Below, in pieces: positions 62,398 through 64,000 of a stretch of 64,000 nucleotides of DNA. The position numbers and the translations under genes are program-made. This DNA is from Hydrogenobacter hydrogenophilus (GTDB lineage Bacteria; Aquificota; Aquificia; Aquificales; Aquificaceae): the NCBI RefSeq assembly GCF_900215655.1, contig NZ_OBEN01000007.1, positions 4,243 through 68,242 on the forward strand, given 5' to 3'. The notes below the pieces were generated by a model. The model was given only the letters and a program-made list of their open reading frames with translations, made no database searches and had not been told where the DNA came from. Positions within the stretch are counted from its first letter, which is position 1. Each line of letters starts with the position of its first letter.

Positions 62398-62849
62398 AGT
62401 TTTATGTGATCTCCTTTCTTTTGGCTTTCACGCAAGCTTCTGTGATAACTGGATTATTTGTGTCAAATCTTTATGTACCCGACTTGGTTCTTCTTTATCT
62501 CTTTTTACACACAAGCAAACAAGAGAAGGTGGATGTTAAAAAGCCACTCATATCAGGGCTTTACCTTGACCTTATGTACGACACCTTTGGTTGGAACATA
62601 TCTGGAAAAATGCTTGTAAGTCTTTTCCTTGAAATTTTCAAAAGCAGGTGGGAGTTCGCTACACGCCTGTCTTTGATAATCTTTTACGGTTTTGTAGCGC
62701 TTTTGGAGCATCTTTTTAGGTATATCCTGTTTAGGCTCAAGTACTACTATCCTTTTGACTTGCGCACCTTCTTTTTAGGTTTTTCTATTGAACTGTTCCT
62801 TTTATATCTTTTGACCTTATTTATAATCAAAAAGCATGCACAGACGTAG
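62394..62849 (+). CDS. mreD: Rod shape-determining protein MreD
   Basis: 151 aa polytopic protein between mreC and the PBP2 gene. Confidence 0.55.
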   Translation: MKFYVISFLLAFTQASVITGLFVSNLYVPDLVLLYLFLHTSKQEKVDVKKPLISGLYLDLMYDTFGWNISGKMLVSLFLEIFKSRWEFATRLSLIIFYGFVALLEHLFRYILFRLKYYYPFDLRTFFLGFSIELFLLYLLTLFIIKKHAQT

Positions 62850-64000
62850 GTTCATCTTTCTTGCTTTGCTTAGTGCCGTCCTTTATCTGGTGGTCCTTTT
62901 AAGACTTATCTACATGCAGATCTTTAAAGGTTCTTACTTCGCAGAACTTTCTAAGAAAAACTATTTACGGCTAAAGGTACTTTACCCACAGAGAGGGGAC
63001 ATACTTGACAGAAACGGTGAAAAGTTGGCTTACGATATTCCTAAGTATGTACTGTTTCTTGACCCTCAAAAGCTTGAAGATAAGACAGTTCTTAAGGATA
63101 TACTTAAAGAATTAAAGGACATTTTCCAAGTGGATCTGGACGAAAATGCATTGAAACAGAGAGTAAAGGGCTTTGATCCCATACCCGTAAAAAACTTAGA
63201 AACACAAGAGGAAATAGACAAGTTTTACAACAACAGCTACAAACTACCGGGTGTGTTTATAAACATGATTCCACAAAGGTACTACCCCTACGGCGAGATG
63301 GTTTCCCATGTAGTTGGGTACACAAGCTATCCTGATCAAGAAGAGCTAAGAAGATATAAAGACAGAATTTCTACCCAAAGCCTTATAGGTAAGTACGGTA
63401 TAGAAAAGGCGTTAGATGAGTTTATTCTGGGATATACAGGTGGGCAGGAAATTATGATAAACGCTGTAGGGAAACCTATAAAGGTTATAAGGGATATACC
63501 ACCCAAGAAAGGCAATACCGTAGTGCTCACTGTAGACCTTAGGATTCAGAGGATAATTTACGAGGTATTTAGGGATTCTGGACACAAAGCGGGTGGGGTA
63601 ATTCTTCTTCACGCAAAGACGGGTGAAGTTCTCGGTTTGCTAAGTTATCCCTGCTTTGATCCCAATGTAATATCTGACAAGTGGCAGGAATACCTATCAG
63701 ACCCTTACAGACCACTGTTTAACAGGTGTTTATTTGCCAAGTATCCCCCTGCCTCCGTTATAAAGCCTGCTTTAGCACTTGCGCTTCTTAAAAAAGGAAT
63801 ATCCTTAAAAGACGGTGTGGTTTGCCAAGGGAAGTTTGAGCTGGGCAACAGGACTTTTTACTGCTGGAACAGGCACGGTCATGGATGGGAAAATGTAAAA
63901 ACCGCTATAAGAGACTCCTGCGATGTTTTCTTTTACAACTATGGATATTACAAACTTGGACCTAAAGGCATAGAAGAAACCCTTAGAGAGTTTTCTTATG
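62836..64000 (+). CDS. mrdA: Penicillin-binding protein 2 (transpeptidase), N-terminal part. Runs off the window end.
   Basis: Not in the ORF track because it is unterminated. Translation from ATG 62836 gives MHRRRFIFLALLSAVLYLVVLLRLIYMQIFKGSYFAELSKKNYLRLKVLYPQRGDILDRNGEKLA, a PBP2 dimerisation-domain start. Confidence 0.75.
   Translation, partial: MHRRRFIFLALLSAVLYLVVLLRLIYMQIFKGSYFAELSKKNYLRLKVLYPQRGDILDRNGEKLAYDIPKYVLFLDPQKLEDKTVLKDILKELKDIFQVDLDENALKQRVKGFDPIPVKNLETQEEIDKFYNNSYKLPGVFINMIPQRYYPYGEMVSHVVGYTSYPDQEELRRYKDRISTQSLIGKYGIEKALDEFILGYTGGQEIMINAVGKPIKVIRDIPPKKGNTVVLTVDLRIQRIIYEVFRDSGHKAGGVILLHAKTGEVLGLLSYPCFDPNVISDKWQEYLSDPYRPLFNRCLFAKYPPASVIKPALALALLKKGISLKDGVVCQGKFELGNRTFYCWNRHGHGWENVKTAIRDSCDVFFYNYGYYKLGPKGIEETLREFSY

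Overview
This 64 kb window is a gene-dense (~90% coding) chromosomal segment of a thermophilic bacterium, probably Aquificae (Aquifex/Hydrogenobacter/Thermocrinis-like). That placement is an inference from K/E/I-rich thermophile protein composition, a two-subunit biotin carboxylase (CfiAB/Pyc type), dispersed his genes, and many genes with a -10 hexamer 6-8 nt before the ATG and no Shine-Dalgarno, which suggests leaderless mRNAs. About 70 CDS and two tRNA-Lys genes (CUU and UUU) are called. No rRNA, CRISPR array or mobile element was seen. The central ~14 kb (13.2-27.1 kb) is a type IV pilus island. It holds pilMNOPQ on the + strand. On the - strand a translationally coupled operon runs from two type IVa pilin genes into a putative pilin O-glycosylation module. 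The module comprises a GT-C polytopic transferase, a Dpm1-like GT2, two GT4 enzymes, a SAM methyltransferase and a Wzx-like flippase. A GC-rich stem-loop separates the two pilin genes. Immediately upstream of the pilins sits a tandem array of four paralogous small genes. Each encodes an N-terminal signal-anchor, a variable number of 11-residue coiled-coil modules and an invariant tail whose codons carry the Shine-Dalgarno of the next copy. I consider this paralog array the most novel feature. Further T4P genes (pilT-pilC and a second pilC paralog) lie elsewhere in the window.
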